Below, in pieces: positions 27,856 to 37,191 of a stretch of 62,349 bases of DNA (positions are counted from its first letter, which is position 1; every line of letters begins with the position of its first letter). Source of the DNA: a virus (lineage: Duplodnaviria; Caudoviricetes). The notes below the pieces were generated by a model. It was not told where the DNA came from. It did no database searches and worked only from the letters and a program-made list of their open reading frames with translations. The stretch lies in IMG/VR virus record IMGVR_UViG_3300008738_000498, positions 1 to 62,349 of that record; one strand, written 5' to 3'. A program made the translations under genes and the position numbers.

Positions 27856-28425
27856 ATGGCTACGGTGCACATCCACATCCATGACGGATGGGTGGAGAGC
27901 GATCACCCGCGCGCAGAAGACGGAAAGTTTGGTTCCGGCGGAAAGAAAACGGCCAAGCTGACAGCGCGAGAAAAAATGGAATTGGACCGGTATTCAGGCG
28001 ACGAATTCCTGCGGATCAACAACGAACTCCGCAAAGGCAATACAAGCGATCCATCAATTCAGCACATTGATGCGGCAATAGAGAAATCGACCATTCCGCA
28101 AGGGAAGATTCTCTATCGCGGCATGACGCGAGAGGCTGCGAAGAAGTTGTTTGGCAGCCACGTCAATGTCGGCGCCGAAATTTCCGATCCGGCTTACGCG
28201 TCTACGTCAACCAATCGGTCAATTGCTGGAATGCGGGCCATCGGTGGTGTGATGCTGCGGATTGAAACCGGCCCAAGCGCCAAAGGCCTTGATATGTCTA
28301 CAATTTCAAGAAATCCGGCGGAGAAAGAGGTTTTGCTACCGCGTGACGCAAAGTTGAAAATAACCGGTATCACCGCACCAAAATCTGCTGGCGATCCGGT
28401 CATTGTTCGAGCGTCGTATGGCTAA
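27856..28425 (+). CDS. ADP-ribosyltransferase (VIP2/Alt-like, R-S-E clade)
   Basis: LYRG, YASTS, EKEVLLPR; N-terminal HIHIHD and HPRAEDGKF; AT-richer than flanks. Confidence 0.88.
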   Translation: MATVHIHIHDGWVESDHPRAEDGKFGSGGKKTAKLTAREKMELDRYSGDEFLRINNELRKGNTSDPSIQHIDAAIEKSTIPQGKILYRGMTREAAKKLFGSHVNVGAEISDPAYASTSTNRSIAGMRAIGGVMLRIETGPSAKGLDMSTISRNPAEKEVLLPRDAKLKITGITAPKSAGDPVIVRASYG

Positions 28426-28840
28426 AGTAATTCGGCACATCCACGTCCAACTGCGCGACAGCGGCGCGGATATCGTACGGGCCGCCGGCGTCATGTGCGT
28501 CGCCCCCGATGGCCGCATGCTGTTCCTGCGCCGCAGCGCCGACACCGCAAGCCACCCGGAAACATGGTGCTGGCCCGGCGGGAAGATTGAGGATGGGGAA
28601 TCGCCAGCAACGGCTGCCCGGCGCGAGGCGATGGAAGAAGCCGGGTGCAATGCGAATTGGCCGCTGCGACTGATCGACAGCCGATCAGGCTTTGCGACCT
28701 ATCGCGCAGACCTGCGCCAGCCTTTCGAGCCGGTGCTGAACCCTGAGCATACCCAGGCCGTCTGGGCTCACCCGAAAGACGCACCATCGCCGCTGCACCC
28801 CGGTGTCGCCGCGACCCTCAAGCACGTCGGCGCCATCTGA
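28418..28840 (+). CDS. Nudix hydrolase
   Basis: Nudix box GGKIEDGESPATAARREAMEEAG; overlaps ART stop by 8 nt. Confidence 0.9.
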   Translation: MAKVIRHIHVQLRDSGADIVRAAGVMCVAPDGRMLFLRRSADTASHPETWCWPGGKIEDGESPATAARREAMEEAGCNANWPLRLIDSRSGFATYRADLRQPFEPVLNPEHTQAVWAHPKDAPSPLHPGVAATLKHVGAI

Positions 28841-28861
28841 GCGCCACAGAAAGGACCGTTC

Positions 28862-29092
28862 ATGTCGTCGATCAAAATCCTGGCCGAAGCGGCTCAGGCC
28901 AAGCGCGCCAGTGCGCAGGCCCACATTGCGGAATCGGAAAAGCTGCTGGCCCATGCCGAAGAAAAGCAGGCGCTGGCCGATGCTGACAACGCCGAAGCCG
29001 AAAAGATCGAGGACGATATTCGCTTGCTCGAAAACGGTGGTGGCGAACCGAAGCCGCGCGTGTTCGCCGGCAAGGGCGCCAAGGCGGCCTAA
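28862..29092 (+). CDS. Small coiled-coil protein
   Basis: AAAGGA RBS; Ala/Glu/Lys heptads. Confidence 0.7.
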   Translation: MSSIKILAEAAQAKRASAQAHIAESEKLLAHAEEKQALADADNAEAEKIEDDIRLLENGGGEPKPRVFAGKGAKAA

Positions 29093-29313
29093 CGGGCCAG
29101 AATCCATTTCGAGTGATCCAGCGCCTCGCGCGCCAGTTCGACCGGGTCGCCGTCCCCATCTCGGATGCGGGTCAGATAGCCCCAGAGATATTCGATGTAA
29201 TCGGCGGCATCGAACTCGACGAGATCCTCGGCCGCCAGGTCGGGAAGCTCGACACCGTCCAGTTCGGCAATCGCTCGCAACTGATCGACGATGTCTTCCG
29301 GTGCATGCCTCAT
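29089..29313 (-). CDS. Small acidic protein antisense to the head operon
   Basis: Fills the gap between two + genes; MRHAPEDIVDQLRAIAELDGVELPDL..; TGaTATGTT 8 nt upstream. Confidence 0.55.
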   Translation of the reverse strand: MRHAPEDIVDQLRAIAELDGVELPDLAAEDLVEFDAADYIEYLWGYLTRIRDGDGDPVELAREALDHSKWILAR

Positions 29314-29332
29314 AGAGAAGGAACATATCACA

Positions 29333-29782
29333 ATGCCGCTTCCCGCCTATGTCCGTAAGGGCAAAAAGTTCATCGCCACGCTCGATGTCGCCAAGCTGCT
29401 GCTGAGCGGTTCGGATGTCTCGCAGGGCCTGACCCATTCGACGGTGTCTGGCGCGACCTCGTTGATCGCGACCGGCATCACTGCCAGCGCGACGCAAACC
29501 CTTGCCGGCGCAACGAAGCTGACCGCGAAGATCAACGTGGTGTCGACGTCGGCGGCTTCCGGGAACGCCGTTGCGCTCCCCGCGATGCAGCCGGGCCAGT
29601 CGGTGACGGTGTTCAACGACGGCGCGAACCCGATCAGCGTTTTCCCTGCTGCCGGAACCGTGGCGATCGATGGCGGCTCGGCCGGCGCATCGGTGGCGCT
29701 CGCCAACGCCAAGCGCTGCACGTTCTACTGCCTCAGCGCGACCGTCATCAAGTCGGCCCAGCTCGGCGTTGCCAGCGCCTGA
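29333..29782 (+). CDS. Putative head-associated structural protein
   Basis: AAGGA RBS; Ser/Thr/Ala-rich beta-type sequence; head-operon position. Confidence 0.65.
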   Translation: MPLPAYVRKGKKFIATLDVAKLLLSGSDVSQGLTHSTVSGATSLIATGITASATQTLAGATKLTAKINVVSTSAASGNAVALPAMQPGQSVTVFNDGANPISVFPAAGTVAIDGGSAGASVALANAKRCTFYCLSATVIKSAQLGVASA

Positions 29783-29784
29783 CC

Positions 29785-31080
29785 ATGACGGTGCATCGTG
29801 ACAGGGCTATGGTCATCGACCGCAGCCCGCAGGCGACCTATGCGCCCGAACAGCTTGGCCGTACCCAGGCACTGACGCCCGAAGGCTATCTGCTGTGCAG
29901 CGGCGTCCGCATCGCGCGGACCGGGGCCATGCTGTACCTGCCGTCCGAAGTGCCCGAGGTTCGCCCGGCGCCGAATGGCCAGATGATCGTCGTCACCCGC
30001 GACGCCGACGTGCTGTTCGATCCCGAGGCACTGGCCAGCTTCAACGGCAAGCCGGTCACCGATGACCATCCTCCCGCCCTGGTCGGCAAGGACGATGCCA
30101 AGAAATACCAGGTCGGCGTCACGCTGAACCCGCGTCGCGGCGAAGGCGTCGATTCCGAATACCTCGTCGCTGACCTGCTGATCACCGATGCCCCGATGAT
30201 CGCCAAGATCCTGGCGAAGAAGAAGCGCGAAATCAGCCTCGGCTACGATGCCGAGGTCGAAGAGGTGAAGCCCGGCCTCGGGCGCCAGGCGCGCATTATC
30301 GGCAACCATACCGCCATCGTCGACCGCGGTCGCGCTGGCTCCACCTGCGCCATCACTGACAAGGAGACTGACATGGCGAAGCGCAAGATGTCCCTGATGG
30401 ACCGCGTCCGCGCGGCCTTCCGGGACAATGACGAAACGGCCCTGGAAAGCGCGCTCGCCGACGCTTCCGAGGTTCTCGGCACCGGCGAACCCGATGGCGA
30501 TGAGGGCGGTGTTCACGTCCACATCCACAACGGCACCCGCGAAGAACCGGCGCCGGCTGCCGTGACCACCGACGAAGCCGATCCCAACGAAGCCCGCTTC
30601 AAGGCGCTGGAAGACAGCGTCGGCGGCATCATGGCGCGCCTCGACGAGATGGCCGCCGCCAAGGCCGAGCCCGCCGCCTGCGTCGTCGAAACCACCGACG
30701 AGGATGCCGAGGAAGAAACCGAGGCCGAGCGCTCCGAAGTCATGGACGCCCAGGCCAAGGCCGAAATCATCTTCCCCGGCTTCAAGCCCGGCACCATGGA
30801 TGCCGCACCCAAGCGCCGCGCCTTGACCGACATGCGCCGCGACGTCCTCGCCCGCGCGTTCAACGACAGCGCCCGCCGCGCCGCCGTTGAGCCGATCCTG
30901 GCCGGTGTGGACCTGGCGAAGTCGAAGCCGGCGCATCTGCGTGTGCTGTTCGATGCCGCCGCCGCCGTGGCCAAGGTGCACAACACGCGCCCGCGCGCCG
31001 TCACCGCCATCCCGCAGGGCCCGATGACGGCCGCCAAGCTGCAGGAACAGATCGCCGCTCGCCGCCAGGCCAAGCGCTGA
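29785..31080 (+). CDS. DUF2213 prohead protease/scaffold
   Basis: TPEGYL, IARTG, KPVTDDHP, EISLGY, NHTAIVDRGRAG; internal AAGGAG+ATG at 30373. Confidence 0.88.
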   Translation: MTVHRDRAMVIDRSPQATYAPEQLGRTQALTPEGYLLCSGVRIARTGAMLYLPSEVPEVRPAPNGQMIVVTRDADVLFDPEALASFNGKPVTDDHPPALVGKDDAKKYQVGVTLNPRRGEGVDSEYLVADLLITDAPMIAKILAKKKREISLGYDAEVEEVKPGLGRQARIIGNHTAIVDRGRAGSTCAITDKETDMAKRKMSLMDRVRAAFRDNDETALESALADASEVLGTGEPDGDEGGVHVHIHNGTREEPAPAAVTTDEADPNEARFKALEDSVGGIMARLDEMAAAKAEPAACVVETTDEDAEEETEAERSEVMDAQAKAEIIFPGFKPGTMDAAPKRRALTDMRRDVLARAFNDSARRAAVEPILAGVDLAKSKPAHLRVLFDAAAAVAKVHNTRPRAVTAIPQGPMTAAKLQEQIAARRQAKR

Positions 31081-31117
31081 TTACCCCACCAACCCACCCA
31101 AGCGAAAGGAAGCCGAC

Positions 31118-31618
31118 ATGACGGCGATTACCACGCGGATGAACGTTGCCATTCCCGGCGCCGTCAGCCGTTCTTTCCCTGGCCAGGTGATCTCGCAGGA
31201 GGTCATCGACAGCGCCAATCCGCCCACCGCCTATGGCCAGCCCGTCAAGCTGGTCAATGGCAAGGTCCGCACGCTCGCCAGCGGTGATGCCGCGGGCGTG
31301 ATCTATGGCTTCACCGTGCGGCCCTATCCCACCCAGGACGCCACTGGCGCCACCTCGGGTTACGGCGGCGGCACGCCCCCGGCATCCGGCATCATTGATG
31401 TCATGAAGGTCGGCTTCCTCGGGGCGACCCTTGCCAACGGCACCGCCGCCAAGGGCGCGCAGGCCTATGTCCGCACCACCGTCAACGGCGGCCTCGCTAT
31501 CGGCGGCGTCGAGGACAACACCACGTCGACCGGTCTGGTCGCGCCCAGCCTGCTCGCCTTCACCGGCCCGGCTGACGCGGCGGGCAATGTCGAGCTCTCG
31601 ATCGGCATTCCGTACTGA
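31118..31618 (+). CDS. Capsid decoration/cement protein
   Basis: Position between protease and MCP; YGFTVRPYP. Confidence 0.7.
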   Translation: MTAITTRMNVAIPGAVSRSFPGQVISQEVIDSANPPTAYGQPVKLVNGKVRTLASGDAAGVIYGFTVRPYPTQDATGATSGYGGGTPPASGIIDVMKVGFLGATLANGTAAKGAQAYVRTTVNGGLAIGGVEDNTTSTGLVAPSLLAFTGPADAAGNVELSIGIPY

Positions 31619-31677
31619 TCAACCCTCTGGCCTGCGGTCGTGATTGGCCGGGCCGTTCTCCTTGGGAGACCACAGAC

Positions 31678-32805
31678 ATGAATACCCTCCGTATGCGGGA
31701 GAGCGGTCCCGCCATCATCGTGCCGTCGATCGCGCTCGCCGCGTCGGCGGCCGCACCCGCCATTGCCACCGCGCTGGCATGGGGCGACAACCGCAAGGCT
31801 ACGCGCTACCTGCGCGATGCGTTCCAGACCTTCGACCAGGCCACCATCGACAGCGCCGGCGCGTTCCTGGTGGGCGAACTCGAACGCCTGGATCCGATGA
31901 TCCACGAGCCCCTGGTCGATACGACCTGGAGCCGCGACATCGACCTGCGCACCGACGTGACCATGGGCGACGAAAACTCGTCCTACACCACGTCCACCTT
32001 CGCCTCGACCGGCGGCCCCTCGTCCAGCGGCATCAGTTGGGCCGGGCGCGAAACGACCACGATCTCGCGGATCAACGTCGATATCGCCAAGATCGTGAAC
32101 CCGCTGACGCTCTGGACCGAGACGGTCAGCTACACGATCACCGAACTGCTGAGCGCCCAGCAGCTTGGCCGCCCGATCGATTCCCAGATGCTGGCCGGGC
32201 TCAACCTCAAGCACCAGATGGACACCGACCAGATGGTCTATATCGGTGATCCCTCCATCAGCGCCACCGGCCTGATCAATGCTTCGCTCGTGACCAACAC
32301 CGGCAACGTTGCCGCCGGCGCCGCATCGGGCCTGCCGTTCATCACGAAGTCGCCGGACGAAATCACCGCCGACTTCAACGAACTGCTGACCTCGGTCTGG
32401 GCGGCGTCGGGTTACAAGGCCCCGCCGAAGAACGTGCTGCTCTCGCCCAGCGCGTTCGGCTACATCGCGACCACCAAGGTCTCGGAAGCCGGCAACATCA
32501 GCATTCTGGAATACGTGAAGCAGAACAACGTCTTCACGGCCCAGAAGAACATCGACCTGGAAATCTACCCGGTGAAGTGGCTCGACAAGGCCAATCTCAA
32601 CGGGCCGGGCGGTGCGGCGGCGACCTATGGCCGCATGGTGGCCTACAGCCGCTATGAACCCTATGTGCGCTTTGCAATGGTGCCGCTCCAGTCAATGCAG
32701 CCGCAATATCGCGGCATCTGGATCGACGTGCCCTACTATGGCCGCCTGGGCCGCGTGGAGACCGTCTATCCCGAGACGCTGGGCTATCGCGACGGCGTCG
32801 ACTGA
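31678..32805 (+). CDS. Major capsid protein (DUF2184-like)
   Basis: DSAGAFLVGELERLDP, TWSRDIDLR, HQMDTDQMVYIGD, VYPET. Confidence 0.9.
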   Translation: MNTLRMRESGPAIIVPSIALAASAAAPAIATALAWGDNRKATRYLRDAFQTFDQATIDSAGAFLVGELERLDPMIHEPLVDTTWSRDIDLRTDVTMGDENSSYTTSTFASTGGPSSSGISWAGRETTTISRINVDIAKIVNPLTLWTETVSYTITELLSAQQLGRPIDSQMLAGLNLKHQMDTDQMVYIGDPSISATGLINASLVTNTGNVAAGAASGLPFITKSPDEITADFNELLTSVWAASGYKAPPKNVLLSPSAFGYIATTKVSEAGNISILEYVKQNNVFTAQKNIDLEIYPVKWLDKANLNGPGGAAATYGRMVAYSRYEPYVRFAMVPLQSMQPQYRGIWIDVPYYGRLGRVETVYPETLGYRDGVD

Positions 32806-32830
32806 TCCCGTCCTGATCGCTGGTTGAACG

Positions 32831-32856
32831 AGGCGCTTTCTGGCGCCTTTTCTTTT
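32831..32856 (+). terminator. Intrinsic terminator after MCP
   Basis: AGGCGC-loop-GCGCCT plus T tract. Confidence 0.7.
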
Positions 32857-32872
32857 GCCTGGGGAGGGCTGC

Positions 32873-33262
32873 ATGGCATTCGCCTATTCGGATTTCATTG
32901 CCGCCTTCCCCGAGTTTTCGGACCAGACCCAATACCCCGAGGCCAGCTTCACGTTCTGGCAGGGCATTGCCGCACTGCGCCTGCGCGCCGATCGGTGGTG
33001 CGAGCTGCTCGACCACGGTTCCATGCTGTTCATCGCCCACAACATGGCGGTGCAGCGCAAGAATGCCATCGCCGCAGCCAAGGGCGGTGCCGTCGGCGCC
33101 ATTGACGGCCCGACCACGGCCAAGTCGATCGACAAGCTGTCCAAGAGCCAGGACGTCTCGGCGGTGACGCTGGAAGGTTCCGGCGACTGGAATTCCACCA
33201 CCTATGGCGTGCAGTTCTGGCAACTGGCGCTGATGGTCGGATCGGGCGGGCGGCAACTGTGA
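32873..33262 (+). CDS. DUF4054 head-tail connector
   Basis: FIAAFPEF, FIAH, WNSTTYGVQFWQL. Confidence 0.85.
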   Translation: MAFAYSDFIAAFPEFSDQTQYPEASFTFWQGIAALRLRADRWCELLDHGSMLFIAHNMAVQRKNAIAAAKGGAVGAIDGPTTAKSIDKLSKSQDVSAVTLEGSGDWNSTTYGVQFWQLALMVGSGGRQL

Positions 33263-33780
33263 GCAATGGAACGACCGTCACAAAGGACCGGACCGCCGCC
33301 GTCAAAGCTGCACTCAAGGCGCTTGTCAAAGACCGCGTGCTGGTGGGCATCCCTTCGGAAAAGGCCTTTCGCGATCCCGAGCCGGATGAACCCCGCCCAG
33401 CGCTGAACAACGCCGAGATCGGCTATCTCCAAGAATTCGGATCGCCCGAGGCCAACATCCCGGCCCGCCCCCATCTGGTGCCGGGCACGCAGAAGGCACT
33501 GCCTGAAGTGGAAAAGATATACCGAGAAGTTGCTCCGAAGGTGCTGGATGGCAACGTCTCTCTGATCCGTGACGCCCACAAAAAGGTCGGTCACACGGTC
33601 GCATCGTCTGTCAAAAACTTGATCACCGATGGCATCGATCCACCGCTGGCTGAGCGCACCATCAAGGAACGCCAACGCCGGGGCCGCGAAGGCACAACGC
33701 CGTTGCTCGATAAAGGGCAATACCGCCGCAACATCGACTCCGTCGTTCGCCCGGCCGGCACGAAGAAGGGCAAGCGCTGA
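33259..33780 (+). CDS. Neck/tail completion protein
   Basis: VLVGIP, QEFGSPEANIPARP, PLLDKG. Confidence 0.8.
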   Translation: MSNGTTVTKDRTAAVKAALKALVKDRVLVGIPSEKAFRDPEPDEPRPALNNAEIGYLQEFGSPEANIPARPHLVPGTQKALPEVEKIYREVAPKVLDGNVSLIRDAHKKVGHTVASSVKNLITDGIDPPLAERTIKERQRRGREGTTPLLDKGQYRRNIDSVVRPAGTKKGKR

Positions 33781-34241
33781 TGTTGGACATGGATGATCTG
33801 ATCGGCGATCCCGACTTCTTTCAGCCCATGACCATCTGGCGCCGACAGATCACCTATGGCGGCAATGGCGTCGAAACCGCGGCGCCGGCCCTGATCAACC
33901 CGGCCCCGCTGGGATCGATCCAGTCCGGTGCGAACCCTGAAATGCTGCGCCAGGCCGACCTGACCAGCGTCGAGAACCTGATCACGATCTACACCGATTT
34001 CCGGCTCTATGCCGAGGGCGCGTCGACCAGCGCGACGCCGCCGCTGCCGTTCGGCCCGGTGCAGACCGACCTCTACGGCAACGCCGTGATCCCGACCGAC
34101 CTGGTGCAGTTCAAGTCCGACATCGTGGTGTTCTTGGGCGACGTCTACGAGGTGTTCCTGGTGCAGGATTGGACGACCTATGGAGCCGGCTTCATCGCGG
34201 CGCTGGCTCGCAAGGTCAGTCGCGGCCAGGTGGCGCAATGA
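33780..34241 (+). CDS. Head-closure protein
   Basis: Position; DPDF start, WTTYGAGF end. Confidence 0.7.
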   Translation: MLDMDDLIGDPDFFQPMTIWRRQITYGGNGVETAAPALINPAPLGSIQSGANPEMLRQADLTSVENLITIYTDFRLYAEGASTSATPPLPFGPVQTDLYGNAVIPTDLVQFKSDIVVFLGDVYEVFLVQDWTTYGAGFIAALARKVSRGQVAQ

Positions 34242-34822
34242 GCCGGGATAGCAGCGAAAGCGGCTTCCTGCTGCCGACCAGCCCCCTGCCGGTCAATGAC
34301 GAAGCGCTTGATGACCTGTTCCGTGTCACGATTGCCGGCATCACCGGGCTGGATCCGCGCCGCGTCGTCCGCCGGTTCAATCCCGAGCCCGCCACGGCAC
34401 CGCAGTTCGATGGAACCTGGGCCAGCGTCGGCGTCATGGCGATCGATGACGACGATTTCGCCCAGCAGGGCATGCGCGCCGAGGGCGATTACAAGCTGGT
34501 GCAGCATGAGCGTCTCGATGTCATGGCCAGCTTCTACGGCGACAAGGCCCAGCAGGCGGCGCGCATGGCCCGCAACGGCATCCAGATCGAGCAGAACCGC
34601 GAGGTGCTGGCGTCTGCCGGCATCGCCCTGATGTATGCCGAAAAGCCTGTCAAGGCACCGGTCCTGATCAACAACCGCTGGTCCAACCGGATCGACGTCA
34701 CCTTCGTTTTCCGCCGCGCCATCGTCGATGTCTACCCGATCCTGAGCATCGAGGGTGTCGACGGCGACGCCACCACAGATGCGGGCCTGGCCCGAACCAT
34801 TTCCGTCACCACCGACGACTGA
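34238..34822 (+). CDS. Tail terminator/neck protein
   Basis: Directly before sheath; SFYG..QNR..RIDV. Confidence 0.7.
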   Translation: MSRDSSESGFLLPTSPLPVNDEALDDLFRVTIAGITGLDPRRVVRRFNPEPATAPQFDGTWASVGVMAIDDDDFAQQGMRAEGDYKLVQHERLDVMASFYGDKAQQAARMARNGIQIEQNREVLASAGIALMYAEKPVKAPVLINNRWSNRIDVTFVFRRAIVDVYPILSIEGVDGDATTDAGLARTISVTTDD

Positions 34823-34836
34823 CCGGAGAGTCCCCC

Positions 34837-36327
34837 ATGACCACTGGCTTGCCGACCTCGCGCCTGATCAAGGCGTCGTGGTCCCTGACGGCTGCGGCCG
34901 CCAGCTATGCGAACATCAACACCCTGCTGATCCTGGGCGATAGCGACGTCATCGACGTGACGGAACGGATGCGCACCTATGAAGGCGCGGCCGACGTCGC
35001 AGCGGACTTCGGCACCTCGGCACCGGAATATGCGGCGGCTCTGATCTTCTTCAGCCAGAAGCCGGCGCCCGCCAGCCTGTTCATCGGGCGCTGGGCGCGC
35101 ACCGCTACGGCCGGGCTGCTCAAGGGCGCGATCCTGACTTCGGCCCAGCAGGCCCTGTCCAATTTCACGGCAGTGACCAGCGGCGGATTCAAGATCGCCG
35201 TCGATGGCGCCAGCTCGCCGGTCAACGTCAGCGGCATCAACCTCTCGGCGGCCACCAGCCTTTCCAACGTGGCGACCATCATCAGTGCGGCACTCACCAG
35301 CGCATCGGTGGGCGCGACCTGCACTTGGGATGGCACCCGGTTCGTGTTCAAGTCGGCGACCACCGGCACGTCGTCGGCCGTTGCGTTCCTGACCGCGCCG
35401 AACAGCGGCACCAGCCTGGCCGGACTGCTCGGCGGCCTCTCCACCAGCGGCGGCTATGTCGTGGCCGGGATCGCGGCTGAAACGGCCCTGGCCGCCGTCA
35501 CCCTGTTCGATGACCTGCCGACCTATTGGTGGGGCCTGATGTTCGCGGCCTCGACCATGCCGAACGACAGCGACCACCAGGCCATCGCCGCCTACATCGA
35601 AACCGGCATCCACGCCTATGGCATCACGGTTTCGGCGACGACGGCGATCGACGGCAACAGTTCGGCCGATATCGGCTCGCTGCTCAAGCAGGCCGGCTAT
35701 CAGCGCACGTTCGGGATCTACTTGACGACCTCGCCCTATGCCGTGGCCGGCATCTTCGGCTCGCTGCTGACGACCGATTTCAGCGGCTCCAACACGATGC
35801 CGACCGTGGCATGGAAGACGATCATCGGCATCGCGGCGGAATCGCTGCGGTCGAGCCAGGCCAACGCGCTGGACAACAAGCGCTACAACTATTTCGCCAC
35901 CTTCGACAACGAGGCGAGCATCACGGTCAACGGCACCTGCTTCGGCGATGCATACCTCGACGAAATTTACGGGCTCGATTGGCTGGTGAACCGCGTCCAG
36001 ACCGACCAGTTCAACAAGCTGGCCGCCAGCCCGAAGGTTGCGCAGACCGATCGAGGCCTCACCGAGTTGCAGACCGTCATGGCCGCATCACTGGGTGTTG
36101 GCGTCACCAATGGCCTGATCGGTGAGGGCCTGACCTGGCAGGCGGCCGGCTTCGGCTCGCTCAAGGAAGGCGATGTGCTGCCGAAGGGCTTCTACATCTA
36201 CATCCCGCGCCTCTCCAGCCAGAGCGCGGCCGACCGCAAGAAGCGCGTCACGCCGCCGATCCAGGTCGCGGTCAAGCTCGCTGGCGCCGTCCACAGCGTG
36301 GATGCGCTGCTCACCATCAACCGCTGA
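34837..36327 (+). CDS. Tail sheath protein (DUF3383-like)
   Basis: ERMRTY..DFG..PEY..FFSQKP; GLDWL; KLAGAVHSVD. Confidence 0.9.
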   Translation: MTTGLPTSRLIKASWSLTAAAASYANINTLLILGDSDVIDVTERMRTYEGAADVAADFGTSAPEYAAALIFFSQKPAPASLFIGRWARTATAGLLKGAILTSAQQALSNFTAVTSGGFKIAVDGASSPVNVSGINLSAATSLSNVATIISAALTSASVGATCTWDGTRFVFKSATTGTSSAVAFLTAPNSGTSLAGLLGGLSTSGGYVVAGIAAETALAAVTLFDDLPTYWWGLMFAASTMPNDSDHQAIAAYIETGIHAYGITVSATTAIDGNSSADIGSLLKQAGYQRTFGIYLTTSPYAVAGIFGSLLTTDFSGSNTMPTVAWKTIIGIAAESLRSSQANALDNKRYNYFATFDNEASITVNGTCFGDAYLDEIYGLDWLVNRVQTDQFNKLAASPKVAQTDRGLTELQTVMAASLGVGVTNGLIGEGLTWQAAGFGSLKEGDVLPKGFYIYIPRLSSQSAADRKKRVTPPIQVAVKLAGAVHSVDALLTINR

Positions 36328-36343
36328 TCCGGGGTTCTGACCG

Positions 36344-36787
36344 ATGGCATATACCTATTCGTTTCTCGACGTCTCGGCGGCGATCTATGGCCCCAACGGC
36401 TCGTTCTCGCTCTCCAACGGCAACTCCGAAGGCGGCATCACGGTCGCCCGGCGTGGCGACAAGAACACACTGACGATCGGCGCCGACGGCACGCCGATGA
36501 ACAGCCTCCACGCTGACAATTCCGGCACGATCACGGTGCGCCTGCTCAAGACGTCGGGCACCAATGCCTTGCTCCAGAGCATGTACGATGCCGATCGTGC
36601 GGATTCGTCGGCCTGGGGGAACAACACCATCGTGATCCGCGACACCAATCTCGGCGACAGCCATGATGCGATTGCGGTGGCCTTCACCAAGTTCCCGGAC
36701 ACCGTCTATGACAAGGAAGGCCCGGCGCTCGAATGGACCTTCACGGCGGGCCGTATCGACAGCGTTCTCGGCGCGGGAGCGGCCTGA
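36344..36787 (+). CDS. Tail tube protein (DUF3277-like)
   Basis: TYSFLDVSA, IGADG, GTITVRLLKTS. Confidence 0.88.
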   Translation: MAYTYSFLDVSAAIYGPNGSFSLSNGNSEGGITVARRGDKNTLTIGADGTPMNSLHADNSGTITVRLLKTSGTNALLQSMYDADRADSSAWGNNTIVIRDTNLGDSHDAIAVAFTKFPDTVYDKEGPALEWTFTAGRIDSVLGAGAA

Positions 36788-36789
36788 CC

Positions 36790-37191
36790 ATGGCTGAAAT
36801 CGAATTCGAAGGCGCGACCTATCGCCTTGCCAGTCTCGACCCGATGACGCAGTTCCACATCACCCGGCGGATTGCCCCGGCGATGGCGGCGTTTCAGAAG
36901 GGCGTGGCGGAAATCGGCGACGGGGAAGCCGGCGGCGCGATCATGGCCAGCATCATGTCGGCGCTGAACGAACTGTCCGATGCCGATGCCGAATACGTGA
37001 TCGGCAAGTGCCTGGCCGAATGCCGGCGCAAGAACGGCGAGGCCTGGGCCAAGGTCTGGGCCGGCGGCCGGCTCATGTTCGACGATATCCAGATGCCCGG
37101 CATGATCCGGCTCACGTTCGAGACGATCCGGGAGAACATGGCCGATTTTTTTCCCGGCCGCAGCTTGAGTTCTCCAGCAGCACAGGGGTAG
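36790..37191 (+). CDS. Tail assembly chaperone (gpG analogue)
   Basis: Position after tube; ends ENMADFF at slippery site. Confidence 0.8.
   Translation: MAEIEFEGATYRLASLDPMTQFHITRRIAPAMAAFQKGVAEIGDGEAGGAIMASIMSALNELSDADAEYVIGKCLAECRRKNGEAWAKVWAGGRLMFDDIQMPGMIRLTFETIRENMADFFPGRSLSSPAAQG

Noticed and set aside
27856-28840. DarTG toxin-antitoxin
   Set aside because: The ART has VIP2-like ExE motifs and the partner is a Nudix, not a macrodomain or NADAR
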